Shown here piece by piece: positions 17,249-26,049 of a stretch of DNA of 42,190 bases. This DNA comes from Candidatus Micrarchaeia archaeon (lineage in GTDB: Archaea > Micrarchaeota > Micrarchaeia > Norongarragalinales > UBA8480). The notes under the pieces were generated by a model, which saw nothing but the letters and a program-made list of their open reading frames with translations, had not been told where the DNA came from and searched no databases. Both the position numbers and the translations under genes were made by a program. The stretch's first letter is position 1, and each line of letters opens with the position of its first letter. The stretch spans positions 1-42,190 of the forward strand of contig JBAMLY010000005.1 in assembly GCA_039794045.1 (NCBI GenBank), in the 5' to 3' direction.

Positions 17249-18417
17249 TTTACTTCCACTTTCTTCTTGCACGCCAAAAACAAAGCCGCAGCCTCGGAAA
17301 CCTCACAGATCCTGCCCTTCTTCAACTCGTACTTTTCACCGCCTAACTCGAAAGCCAAGTCATCCAAGGGCTTCACCCACGCCGTCTCTCCCCTGCGAGC
17401 ACTCAAAGCATCCTCCCAAGGCTTGAAGCCAGCAAGCTCCTGCAACGCAACCTTCCTCGCCACGAAGCCTGTGTCGCCGTGAATGCTGTCCTCTAACCTG
17501 ATGAGGCGAGCCAAGTCAAAAGTAACCGCCTCGTCAACTTGCACGGAGTAAAGCGCCACCGCCTTCCGGAAAAGCTTTTCCCAAACCAGCTCCAATCCCT
17601 TCACCGCATCCCAGTTGCCTTCCCTCATTTTCTCCAGCACTCTCCCCCTGTTCTCAATCAAGGCGCTCGCCTTCCGCGGAGGCACGCCCTCTGCCTTGAA
17701 GTGCTCCAAGTCCGCTCTCTCAACAAACAACGACGCCGCCTCAAACAACTTCTTCGCCCACCCCCGAGACGAAGCGCTCGGCCCCCGCAAGACGAAGGCG
17801 TTACTCCCCCTCCCGAAACGCTCTCGGCGCAACACCCGCGAAAAATCAATTCCCTTCGCCGAAATAAAGGAAAGCAGTTGCTTGCGCGCTTCACTGGACA
17901 GCTGCCGCGCCACCTCGCCGCAAACGTGGACGTGATAGCCCTTCGACCCACTATAGTTGACGCTCACCTCGCCACGCGAAAAACCGAAGTCGCCCAACAA
18001 AAACCTTTCCACGAGGGCGAGCGCGTCGTCCCTGACGCGGTTCAAGCAATACGTGCACAGCAAAGGATTGTGTTCGTGCTTTTCATGCAAGTAAGAATTG
18101 TCCAAGTCAAAAACGAGGTCTGCCCCCTTAAAACCCTTCTTCTCCATTGGCTTGGCAGCAGGCAAGTCATAAAGAGCCGCGGAATACGAGACAAAAAAAG
18201 GAGCTTCCCGGCGCAAAAACTCAGACAACTCGCGCTGCGAAGAAAAAGCCTTGTGCCTGTAATCTATTTTCTTCGCAAAACCAAAGCCGAACTCGCGGCG
18301 AGCAAGCTCTGAAGGAGCAAGCGAAACAGACGAATAATAACGCGCCACGCACTCGCGCGCGAAACGCCTTGCACTGCCCTCGCGTTCCCCTCCCTCAACC
18401 AACGAAGCCTCATTCAC
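17245..18417 (-). CDS. priS: DNA primase catalytic subunit PriS
   Basis: REFGF, LVFDLD, YSGSKGYHVH, D..VT.D..RLIRL..SIHG.TG. Confidence 0.95.
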   Translation of the reverse strand: MNEASLVEGGEREGSARRFARECVARYYSSVSLAPSELARREFGFGFAKKIDYRHKAFSSQRELSEFLRREAPFFVSYSAALYDLPAAKPMEKKGFKGADLVFDLDNSYLHEKHEHNPLLCTYCLNRVRDDALALVERFLLGDFGFSRGEVSVNYSGSKGYHVHVCGEVARQLSSEARKQLLSFISAKGIDFSRVLRRERFGRGSNAFVLRGPSASSRGWAKKLFEAASLFVERADLEHFKAEGVPPRKASALIENRGRVLEKMREGNWDAVKGLELVWEKLFRKAVALYSVQVDEAVTFDLARLIRLEDSIHGDTGFVARKVALQELAGFKPWEDALSARRGETAWVKPLDDLAFELGGEKYELKKGRICEVSEAAALFLACKKKVEVK

Positions 18418-19309
18418 TGTGCTTTCCCCGCCGAGCTAAAACGCATTCCCCGCAATCGGAAACAATTCCTTGCTCCATCATTCGCTTGCAAGAAAAACCA
18501 ATGGAGGCGTGCCTGTAAACCCACTCCAGAGTGGAAAGCGCTTCACGCCAAGTGTAAGGCTGGCTTCCCTTCGCGCAGTTTTCAACGTAGCGCTTCAAAA
18601 CTTTTTCAGCGTCCTCGCGAGGCAAGCCGTCCTTCACGCACGCAATGCTTAACGCCATCGCCCCGTAAAACCTCTTGCCCTCCGGCATTCCCTCCAATAT
18701 TCTTGCAATGCACGGCAAAGCCAAGTACTTTCCAGCGCGCGAACGCGATTCCTCTTCTCTTGGAATGCGCGCCTCAAACTCTTTCGCGACGTCAAAAACC
18801 AGGGAAGGCACTTCCTTGCGCGAAAAAGAAAGCAAGGCAATCCTGCGAGCAGCCGCAGAACGCAGCAGCGACTCGAACTCTTGCCTGTCAAGAAAAACTC
18901 TGCCGTGCTCCAGCGGCGCGTAAAGAAGCTCGCCGCCGTTAGACAAGAAGTCAGCCAACGAAACACAGTAACCGCTTTCTCCTACTTCAAGGGAAGAAAA
19001 AAAGTCTTTGCCGAGCGCCTCTAAATCTTCGTCGTCCAAAGACTTTAAAGTGCTTGCCGCCAGCCTGCGCGCAAACTTCCAAGTCACGCTCGGCTTGTCC
19101 CAGCAAGCCAGAACCAGCCTCGCGAGAGCGTAGTCCACCAGCGCCTCCCTCCCACTCCCCCACTCCCGCGCGCCACCCAACAACGCGACCACTCTCGAAG
19201 CCGCGCGCCTCAACGACGCAGCATCCACTGCCTCCCTGCCAACTTCTGCAAGCAACGACTTGGCAGCGCCAGAAAAAGGGTACTTGAAAGCAAAATCGCT
19301 TGAGAACAA
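18410..19309 (-). CDS. priL: DNA primase large subunit PriL
   Basis: KYPFS N-terminus, L..GRVFL, LPCIARIL.G...G.R, C-terminal FSC...C..C Fe-S ligands; lies between pcna and priS; TTG start after GGTG inferred. Confidence 0.82.
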   Translation of the reverse strand: MFSSDFAFKYPFSGAAKSLLAEVGREAVDAASLRRAASRVVALLGGAREWGSGREALVDYALARLVLACWDKPSVTWKFARRLAASTLKSLDDEDLEALGKDFFSSLEVGESGYCVSLADFLSNGGELLYAPLEHGRVFLDRQEFESLLRSAAARRIALLSFSRKEVPSLVFDVAKEFEARIPREEESRSRAGKYLALPCIARILEGMPEGKRFYGAMALSIACVKDGLPREDAEKVLKRYVENCAKGSQPYTWREALSTLEWVYRHASIGFSCKRMMEQGIVSDCGECVLARRGKHSE

Positions 19310-19392
19310 GCAACCCACCAAAAAAATTGGCGCGCGACTAATAAATAAGCCTGTGCGCCAGCGCGGCAGCAAAAAAAACCAAGCGCGCCGTT

Positions 19393-20142
19393 TCACGCTT
19401 GCTCCACGCGAGGCGCGAGGAAGTAAGAAAGCCTGGCCTTGCCAACACAGTAAGAAATCTTTATTGGGGCGTCGGTCTTCAACTCTATCGTCACGGGTTC
19501 TTCCTCTGGGCAGCTGCGCATTATGTCATCCAAGTACTCGAAGGGAAACATGGCGCGCGACTTGCTTGAAGCCTTGAACTCGGCAATCATTTCGCCGTCC
19601 TTGGGCGTTTCTATCTTCAAGTCGCCGCTGTCGCCGTGCGCTTCCACCACGAACTCTGCGTCGTGCGCTTGAAGTATAACATGGGAACTCAGCAGGCCAG
19701 CGTCTTTAAGCATTTCCTTGAAAGCCCCGCCCTTGATTTTTATTGACGCGTCGAAAGGAATCTTTGGCTCGCGTGGAACAGCGGCATTCAAGTCCATCAA
19801 GGGAACGCGGAAGTAGCGCTTGCTCTTGCCAATGAATTCCAAGACGAACTTGTTTTCCTTCTCGTCCAAAGAAATTACTAGTTTTTCGTCGCTGCGCGCT
19901 CGCGCCAAAATCTTTGACAAGTCAACTAAGTTCACGGACAAGGAAGCCGCCTCACCGGGAACTTCAAGCTTTGAAAAAGCGTCTTTCGGCAAAATAAAGT
20001 CAACCATGGCGATTTGCGACGGGTCCATGGAACGCAAGTGCATGCCTTGCCCGGAAACCTCGAAGGTTCCCTCGTCAACCAAGTTCACTATCGCGTCTAT
20101 CGCTTGCTTGAATGCCTTGGCGTCGTCAGCAACTATTTCCAT
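19393..20142 (-). CDS. pcn: DNA sliding clamp PCNA
   Basis: LVDEGTF, SMDPSQIAMVDF, D.PIKISY, YFLAPRVE. Confidence 0.97.
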   Translation of the reverse strand: MEIVADDAKAFKQAIDAIVNLVDEGTFEVSGQGMHLRSMDPSQIAMVDFILPKDAFSKLEVPGEAASLSVNLVDLSKILARARSDEKLVISLDEKENKFVLEFIGKSKRYFRVPLMDLNAAVPREPKIPFDASIKIKGGAFKEMLKDAGLLSSHVILQAHDAEFVVEAHGDSGDLKIETPKDGEMIAEFKASSKSRAMFPFEYLDDIMRSCPEEEPVTIELKTDAPIKISYCVGKARLSYFLAPRVEQA

Positions 20143-20241
20143 TGAACTACCCCCTCAAAAACAGGAAAAAGCTTTTTCCTTGAATGCCTTAATTGTTTTA
20201 GTGAAACGAATTAAAAAACCGTGCCTGCAACGAAAACTCTT

Positions 20242-21039
20242 TCAAGAATAAGTCACGCGCTGGTCGCAGCCAGGCGGCTCGGCAAACTGCCCGAAAAGAA
20301 AGAGCTTCAGAAAGCCCACGAAAGGCACGCGCAAAATCATTTTCCCGTGCACTTCCTCGTCTGAAGGAAGGCTTATTCCTGCTTGCGCGTCAAAAAACTG
20401 GTTGTTGTCGCCCTTTGTGACCAACACCGCCTTCCCCTCCTCGTTCTCCAGCCTCAGCCAAGCGCGGTGCACTATCAACCCATAAGACTCTGGCTTGGCA
20501 GCGTAAACCACTACATCGTTAGATGAATTGAAGCTGAAAACTTGTCCGCCGACTTCCAGCGAAGAAGCACAGAAAGAACGCAGCGACTCATTGCCCTTTG
20601 AAATAACGCAGGGACTCGAGTGCACCTTGATTTGAGGCAGCGCCCCAGAGTACTTCACAGTGGGCACCGAAATAGTTCCGCCTTGCAAGACAATCAAGTC
20701 GCCCCGCTCGAGGACTGGCACCATGGAACAAGAAGTAACGACGTCTATAGGAGAAGCAGTTTGAAGGACGACGCACAAAACAACCCACGCGGCAACAGCG
20801 GCAGCAAAAGCGACTACTACTTCTTTCAAAGCATTCTTCAATCCCTTGCCGCCAGCCTCCGAAGGCATTACGTCCTTGAAAACCAAGGCAAGGAAAGCCG
20901 CTAAAGCAACCACGCCAGCGGCAACGCTCTTAAACAACGCGTAGGCCGCAATAGAGCCACACAAAACCAGCAAAAGAAACAATGATAGCCTTGAAGGTAA
21001 AAGCTTGGAAGCCAAGAAATAAAACCGGTTGCCGGCCAA
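20242..21039 (-). CDS. Signal peptidase I (S26, archaeal Sec11 type)
   Basis: N-terminal TMs, S-C-S-M-V-P-V-L-E-R-G-D, IVHR, TKGDNN..D, GK...RVP..G. Confidence 0.88.
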   Translation of the reverse strand: MAGNRFYFLASKLLPSRLSLFLLLVLCGSIAAYALFKSVAAGVVALAAFLALVFKDVMPSEAGGKGLKNALKEVVVAFAAAVAAWVVLCVVLQTASPIDVVTSCSMVPVLERGDLIVLQGGTISVPTVKYSGALPQIKVHSSPCVISKGNESLRSFCASSLEVGGQVFSFNSSNDVVVYAAKPESYGLIVHRAWLRLENEEGKAVLVTKGDNNQFFDAQAGISLPSDEEVHGKMILRVPFVGFLKLFLFGQFAEPPGCDQRVTYS

Positions 21040-21043
21040 CTGC

Positions 21044-21307
21044 TCACTTTACTTTGCTTAATTCTTTTTGCAGTGCATTAGCGTCGTCAGCCAAAGCCTC
21101 TAAAGCCTTCTTCAGCTCAGCGGCAGGCTTTTTCGCGCGAACAACCACCAAAGGCTTGTTGAACAAAGGATGGTCAACTTTCGCGGCAGCAAAAGAAACT
21201 CCCTTGCTTTCAAGCAGCTTCTCAACAACCGCGTAAGCAAAACCAGGATTTTCTCCCTTTAAAGCAAACTCTGCCTCGCCATCTGCTTCTCTAACTACCT
21301 CAATCAC
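21044..21307 (-). CDS. rpoL: RNA polymerase subunit Rpo11 (RpoL)
   Basis: GE...F......L....V.FAA..VDHPL...P; follows csl4; GTG start after GAGGTG. Confidence 0.85.
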   Translation of the reverse strand: MIEVVREADGEAEFALKGENPGFAYAVVEKLLESKGVSFAAAKVDHPLFNKPLVVVRAKKPAAELKKALEALADDANALQKELSKVK

Positions 21308-21317
21308 TGAAAACACC

Positions 21318-21875
21318 TCAAAGCCTTGCCTGCGCAAGCGCGAGCTTCCGCCCCTCCCTGTTCCCGCAATTACTGCAAACAAACACTCTGCCACGCAACT
21401 GCATTTCATGACGGCAATTCGAACAAAAAGCCCTCACTACCCCCAAGTCGTTGTCAGCGATAGTCAAATAAATTCCAAGAGAAGTAATTTCCTTCACTCT
21501 CGCCCGCAACACATCCCCAATACGCAGAAAATCACGGAAATCCTCGGTATAGCCACGCTGCACCTCCGAAATCCTCAGAAAAGCAGACGAGTTATGAGAA
21601 GCCACGCGCACGCCCTTGAAGTCCGCGGGCTGAAACTTCAGTAAAGCAACCATGTCAAACAAGTCGTGCACTACCGCGTAACACAAATCACCCTCGCGCA
21701 ACGGACGCGCAATCAAGGGCGCCGCCACGGCAACCGAGCGAGAACGAACGTCGCACACTGCGTTGCCGCGCACCGCCGCGTAAACCCTTCCGTCCTCCTC
21801 GAAAGTGCCCTCGCCACCCAGCGACTCCTCCACCGTCGCCATAAAATCTCCAGGCAAAATCATTGAATCAATCAC
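21318..21875 (-). CDS. csl4: Exosome RNA-binding subunit Csl4
   Basis: LPGD....EE...GEGTFE, S1 domain (IGDVLRARV), LGVVRAFCSNC...CSNC...E.RKLA. Confidence 0.94.
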   Translation of the reverse strand: MIDSMILPGDFMATVEESLGGEGTFEEDGRVYAAVRGNAVCDVRSRSVAVAAPLIARPLREGDLCYAVVHDLFDMVALLKFQPADFKGVRVASHNSSAFLRISEVQRGYTEDFRDFLRIGDVLRARVKEITSLGIYLTIADNDLGVVRAFCSNCRHEMQLRGRVFVCSNCGNREGRKLALAQARL

Positions 21876-21889
21876 GCTCCAACAAAGCG

Positions 21890-21937
21890 ATAAAAAAAGC
21901 AGAAAGAAAAATAGGCGAGCAAGCTAATTAAGCTTGC
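21890..21937 (-). terminator. Hairpin plus U-rich tract after the 124-aa hypothetical gene
   Basis: GCAAGCT-AATTA-AGCTTGC (21919-21937) followed on - by T-rich runs. Confidence 0.55.
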
Positions 21938-21957
21938 GTTCAACCAGCCAACGCCAA

Positions 21958-22332
21958 TCACTCTTCTTCGCTCTTCTCCTTTAACGCCATCAAGTTCTTC
22001 ATCAAGTCTTCCGCGACTTCAACGTTCTTCTTCATCACGGGCGCCGCCTTTTCAGGCTCTTTCTCAACCTTCTTCGCTTCGGAAGCCATTGACTTCACGG
22101 CAGCCGCGGCCTCCTTCAAGACAGGGTGTCCCGCGTGCTGTTCCTTCATTTCCTCGAGTATCGCGTTCATCTCGCTCGAAATGTGCGTGACAATCGACTT
22201 CACGAGAGCCCCCTGCGTGGCGCCCTCGTCCTTCATCGCGTCACTCAAAATGCTTACTAGCTCGCTCAAGCCAATCAGCCTGCCCTCCAAGTAAGCCTCT
22301 TCCGGAGTCATTCCAGCAACTTCTTCTCCCAT
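21958..22332 (-). CDS. Hypothetical acidic alpha-helical protein
   Basis: Clean ORF with GAGGAG SD, upstream TTTAAA box and downstream terminator. Confidence 0.8.
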   Translation of the reverse strand: MGEEVAGMTPEEAYLEGRLIGLSELVSILSDAMKDEGATQGALVKSIVTHISSEMNAILEEMKEQHAGHPVLKEAAAAVKSMASEAKKVEKEPEKAAPVMKKNVEVAEDLMKNLMALKEKSEEE

Positions 22333-22409
22333 TTAAACCAACTCCTCAAAAAACGTTCAACCGCTTCAAGAAATACTGCGACGCATTTTAAATAAGTTTG
22401 TCAAACACT

Positions 22410-22775
22410 TCAAGCGCCGCGCTTGCCTTCCCCCGCCCTCTTCTCCAAAAACTTTTCATAGCGAGCCAAGTAAGGCGAAACGAACCTCTCAAGAAAAACT
22501 TCTACGGGAAAAGAACTGCCCAAATTAGAGTGCGCCTTCCTCGCAATCTCTTCAAAGAAAGGACGAGCGTCTTCCACCCGCCTAGCGCCAGCACCAAAAA
22601 AAACTGCTTCCTCTACGCTCTCAGGACGCCTGCCGAGAACTGCTTCCGCCCTCGCCATGACCGCTGCAACGCAAGGCGGTTGCCGACTCGAATGAAAAGA
22701 GGCGACGCCGCCACGCCGCCCGCAAACACTACCGCGTCGCCGCATTAATTCCACCCAGTAATTAGGGAAACTCAT
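22410..22775 (-). CDS. Hypothetical protein
   Basis: ATG about 24 nt after a TATAAG box; fills the gap; no family motif recognised. Confidence 0.5.
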   Translation of the reverse strand: MSFPNYWVELMRRRGSVCGRRGGVASFHSSRQPPCVAAVMARAEAVLGRRPESVEEAVFFGAGARRVEDARPFFEEIARKAHSNLGSSFPVEVFLERFVSPYLARYEKFLEKRAGEGKRGA

Positions 22776-22806
22776 TTATTAATGGCTTCCGGCAAACCTT
22801 ATACTA

Positions 22807-23661
22807 ATGGTGCTGGAATCCCTTCTCTCGCCGGAAAACGCGGAACGCAACCCCTGGGAAGTGTTCTTCCTCGCCTTCGTGTTCGTCACCGTAGGAGTGT
22901 GGGCAACCGACTTCCTGGGAGGCAACTGCAAAGGAATACTCGTAAACGCCTTGATAGCAATCCCGGCAGTGCCAGTCATCCTCAACCTCTTCAACTACGA
23001 GGAACGCAGCATAGAAGAAGGAGAGCGCTTCCTCGGCAGCCGAACGCTCGCCCGCCACCTCCCAGTAGTCGTCACCATGGTGTTATTCTTCGTGGGAATG
23101 ATTTTCGCGTTCACTTTCTGGTACCTCGCCCTCCCCCCACAAAAAGCGGCTTCAATCTTCGGCACTCAAATAGAAGAACTCAAAACAGTAAGCGGGGTGT
23201 TCGGCGGCTACGCCACATACGCAACGCAAGCCTCTTTCCAGCAAGCCTTTGAAACGATTTTCTTGCACAACCTCGGAGTCCTCGCCCTCATCATAGCGTT
23301 CTCAGTGCTCTACGGCGCAGGCGCGGTATTCGTCCTCATTTGGAACGCATCAATAATAGGCGTCTTCATAGGCAACTTCGCAAAACAATTCGTCTTGCAC
23401 GCCGCGCCAGAGTACAGCATCATCGCCGGCGTGAGCGCGGGCTTCCTCGGCCTCGTGCCACACGGCACCTTCGAACTCGTTTCCTACTTGCTGGGCGCCC
23501 TCGGCGCAGGAATACTCAGCAGCGCAATAATACGCAAGTCCTACGAGCACAATACGTTCAGCAAAGTCACTTACGACATAGCCAAACTCGTCGCCTGGGC
23601 AGTCGTAGTCCTCGCAATCGGCGCAGGAATAGAAGCATACAACATCGCGGGCGGAATATAG
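22807..23661 (+). CDS. SpoIIM-family (DUF95) membrane protein
   Basis: IFLHNLGV, LIWNASIIG, LVPHGTFELVSY, GAGIEA motifs; multi-TM. Confidence 0.88.
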   Translation: MVLESLLSPENAERNPWEVFFLAFVFVTVGVWATDFLGGNCKGILVNALIAIPAVPVILNLFNYEERSIEEGERFLGSRTLARHLPVVVTMVLFFVGMIFAFTFWYLALPPQKAASIFGTQIEELKTVSGVFGGYATYATQASFQQAFETIFLHNLGVLALIIAFSVLYGAGAVFVLIWNASIIGVFIGNFAKQFVLHAAPEYSIIAGVSAGFLGLVPHGTFELVSYLLGALGAGILSSAIIRKSYEHNTFSKVTYDIAKLVAWAVVVLAIGAGIEAYNIAGGI

Positions 23662-23667
23662 GGGCCG

Positions 23668-24750
23668 TTACTGTGTCGGTTTAATGGATTGCTCGCTCTT
23701 GCCGGCAAGCAAGCGCGCTACTGCCTTCCTCTTGACGTCTTCAAGCGATTCTCCACCAGGCTGCGGCGCCACCTTTTTTTCTTCCTGCACGCCAGCCGCC
23801 GCAGAAGGCGCTTCGTCAAGAATTTCCCTCTTCTTTTGAGTGTACGCCTCCTGCAAAGCCGCGAGAATTTGTTCGTAGTCCGGCTTGCCTTCAATCTCGC
23901 CCTTCTTCTCTTGCTCGGCAAGCTTGCCAGAAAGCATTGACGCTAGGTGAGAAAGCTCCAGCGGGAAAATAATTTTGTTGCTGCGGCCCTCGCTTATCTT
24001 CTTGAGCGCGTCCAAGTAAAGGTAAGCAAGAGTCTTGTCGCTCATCTTGCTCGCGGCCTTGTCGAGAATTTCCAACGAAACCTGGCGCGCCAACGCCTCT
24101 GTTTCCGCCTTAGCCTTGTACTCGAGTGCTTCCTTGCGCTTGTGCATTGCTTCAATTAGCTCTGGCGGAAGCTCCACGCTCTGAATCTCCACGCGCAAAA
24201 CCGAGACGCCCCACTCGTCCGCCACTTTCTTGGCTTCAGCGAAAAGCAAGTTGTTTATCTCTTCAGTCTTCTCAATAACTTCCTCCAGAGACAGCCTCGC
24301 CACAGCGGCGCGAATGTTGGCGCGCAATAGCTCGCTCATTGCGGTCTTGTAGTCCTTGACTTTAGTTACTGCCTTGACTGGATCAGTAGTACGCGTATAA
24401 ATGATGGCGTCCACTTTCACTCGCACGTTGTCCTTGGTGACTACTTCTTGGGGCTTCATGTCGATTACTTGCGTGCGCAAATCAACTAAGGCGTAGCTCT
24501 CTATCGCTGGAAAAATCCAGGCAAGCCCCGGCCCCACCACCTTGCTTACTTTACCAAAACGAAACACTACGCCCCGCTCGTACTCCCTGAACTCTACGAG
24601 CTTCGGAAAAAGAACTGCGACTACCACGAAAGCAAGCAAGCCCACGAACCAGAAAACGAGTGGAACAGCCTTCCCCACCGTCAAAAACAATGACACTAAA
24701 ACAAAGGCGGCCGCAATTATTGCAACGAAGATTATAACAGAACGATTCAT
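23668..24750 (-). CDS. SPFH/band-7 (stomatin-like) membrane protein
   Basis: Two N-terminal TMs, EYERGVVFRFGK, GPGL, VDLR, QEVVTKDNV.VKVDA, WGVSV.RVEI, IIFPLE. Confidence 0.92.
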   Translation of the reverse strand: MNRSVIIFVAIIAAAFVLVSLFLTVGKAVPLVFWFVGLLAFVVVAVLFPKLVEFREYERGVVFRFGKVSKVVGPGLAWIFPAIESYALVDLRTQVIDMKPQEVVTKDNVRVKVDAIIYTRTTDPVKAVTKVKDYKTAMSELLRANIRAAVARLSLEEVIEKTEEINNLLFAEAKKVADEWGVSVLRVEIQSVELPPELIEAMHKRKEALEYKAKAETEALARQVSLEILDKAASKMSDKTLAYLYLDALKKISEGRSNKIIFPLELSHLASMLSGKLAEQEKKGEIEGKPDYEQILAALQEAYTQKKREILDEAPSAAAGVQEEKKVAPQPGGESLEDVKRKAVARLLAGKSEQSIKPTQ

Positions 24751-24771
24751 AACAAAACTTTTGCAACCGTA

Positions 24772-24781
24772 TTTATATAAG
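24772..24781. promoter_or_regulatory. TATA box between the divergent SPFH and DUF373 genes
   Basis: TTTATATAA reads as a TATA box on both strands; 22 nt from the SPFH ATG. Confidence 0.55.
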
Positions 24782-24825
24782 CTTGCCCACAATTCATAGA
24801 AAGCGCTTCACTGCAGTGAAAAAAG

Positions 24826-26049
24826 ATGAGCGAACCAAAGAGGCTCTTGATTCTAGTAGTCGACATAGACAACGACTTGCAAGAAAAAGCGAGAGTACGC
24901 GGCCCGGTAGTGGGCAGGCAAGCCAACGTGGAAGCCGCCACCAAGCTCGCGATAGCCGACCCCGAAGACAGCGACGCCAACACCATCTTCGAAGCAGTAA
25001 AGACGTACGACGAACTCCGCAAAGAACACCAAGTTGAAGTCGCAACAATAACCGGCGACGCAAGACTAGGATACCACGCTGACAGGGAAATAGTCAAGCA
25101 ACTCGAAAAAATAATAGCGGACTTCTCGCCAGAAGCCTGCATCTTCGTGAGCGACGGCGCAAGCGACGAGCAAGTCCTGCCCATCATTCACGCGCGCGTA
25201 AAAGTAAACAGCGTTAAAACAGTTACCATAAAGCAAGCCAAGGAACTGGAAAAAACTTACTTTACTATACTAGAAAAACTCAAAGAACCACACTACGCGC
25301 GCCTCGTATTCGGCTTGCCCGGCCTCGCGTTATTGCTTTGGGCGTTCAGCGAAGTCATGGGCTTGAAGCTCTTCCTCGGCCTCCTCGGCACCTACCTCAT
25401 AATAAAAGCCCTCGGCATAGAAGAAAGAATATTCAAGAGCGCAAGCAACTTCAAGCTCTCATTCGAAAAACTCGACTTCATATTCTACTTTGCTGCAATA
25501 CCGCTCGCGGCAATCTCTTTGTGGCTCGGCGTCTCCCGCGTTTCATCCATGGAAGCAGCAGGCGTCACCAGCCTCGCCAAACTCGCGGCCGGATTCGTGA
25601 AAGACGCGCTCATCCTCTTGCCAGTCGCCCTCTTCCTCGTAATACTCGGGCAAGTAGCTGAAGCAATAAACCAGAAAAAAAAGTACTTGCTCCCAAACTA
25701 CGTCATCTCTTCCTCGGCAGTCGTCCTCCTCTGGCTCATACTCACGAACGGCGCGGAATGGGTGCTGGGAAGCGTTAGCTTCTCCGACTTCTTCGCCACC
25801 CTCGTCCTAGTTATCACCGTCATGGTACTCGTGATATACTTAGCGCGAGAGTTCAAGTCGAGCATGATAGCAAAAATGCACTTGGAAGGAAAAGAAGCCT
25901 ACACCGAGATAGGCAGCCTACTAGGAAAAATAGTTGGAGTCAACAAGCGCCGCGAAACAATCATCATTCAAACCAGCGCAGGACAAAAAATAGACTTGAA
26001 CTTCGACCACATCGTTAACGCCGGAGAAAAAGTAATCATTCACTACTAA
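24826..26049 (+). CDS. DUF373-family membrane protein with probable C-terminal PRC-barrel
   Basis: LILVVDIDNDL, DPEDSDAN.IF, VSDGASDE, Q...LE.TY, GLPG; about 6 TMs; C-terminal GK.AYT..G..LGKI...I...GE.VII. Confidence 0.88.
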   Translation: MSEPKRLLILVVDIDNDLQEKARVRGPVVGRQANVEAATKLAIADPEDSDANTIFEAVKTYDELRKEHQVEVATITGDARLGYHADREIVKQLEKIIADFSPEACIFVSDGASDEQVLPIIHARVKVNSVKTVTIKQAKELEKTYFTILEKLKEPHYARLVFGLPGLALLLWAFSEVMGLKLFLGLLGTYLIIKALGIEERIFKSASNFKLSFEKLDFIFYFAAIPLAAISLWLGVSRVSSMEAAGVTSLAKLAAGFVKDALILLPVALFLVILGQVAEAINQKKKYLLPNYVISSSAVVLLWLILTNGAEWVLGSVSFSDFFATLVLVITVMVLVIYLAREFKSSMIAKMHLEGKEAYTEIGSLLGKIVGVNKRRETIIIQTSAGQKIDLNFDHIVNAGEKVIIHY

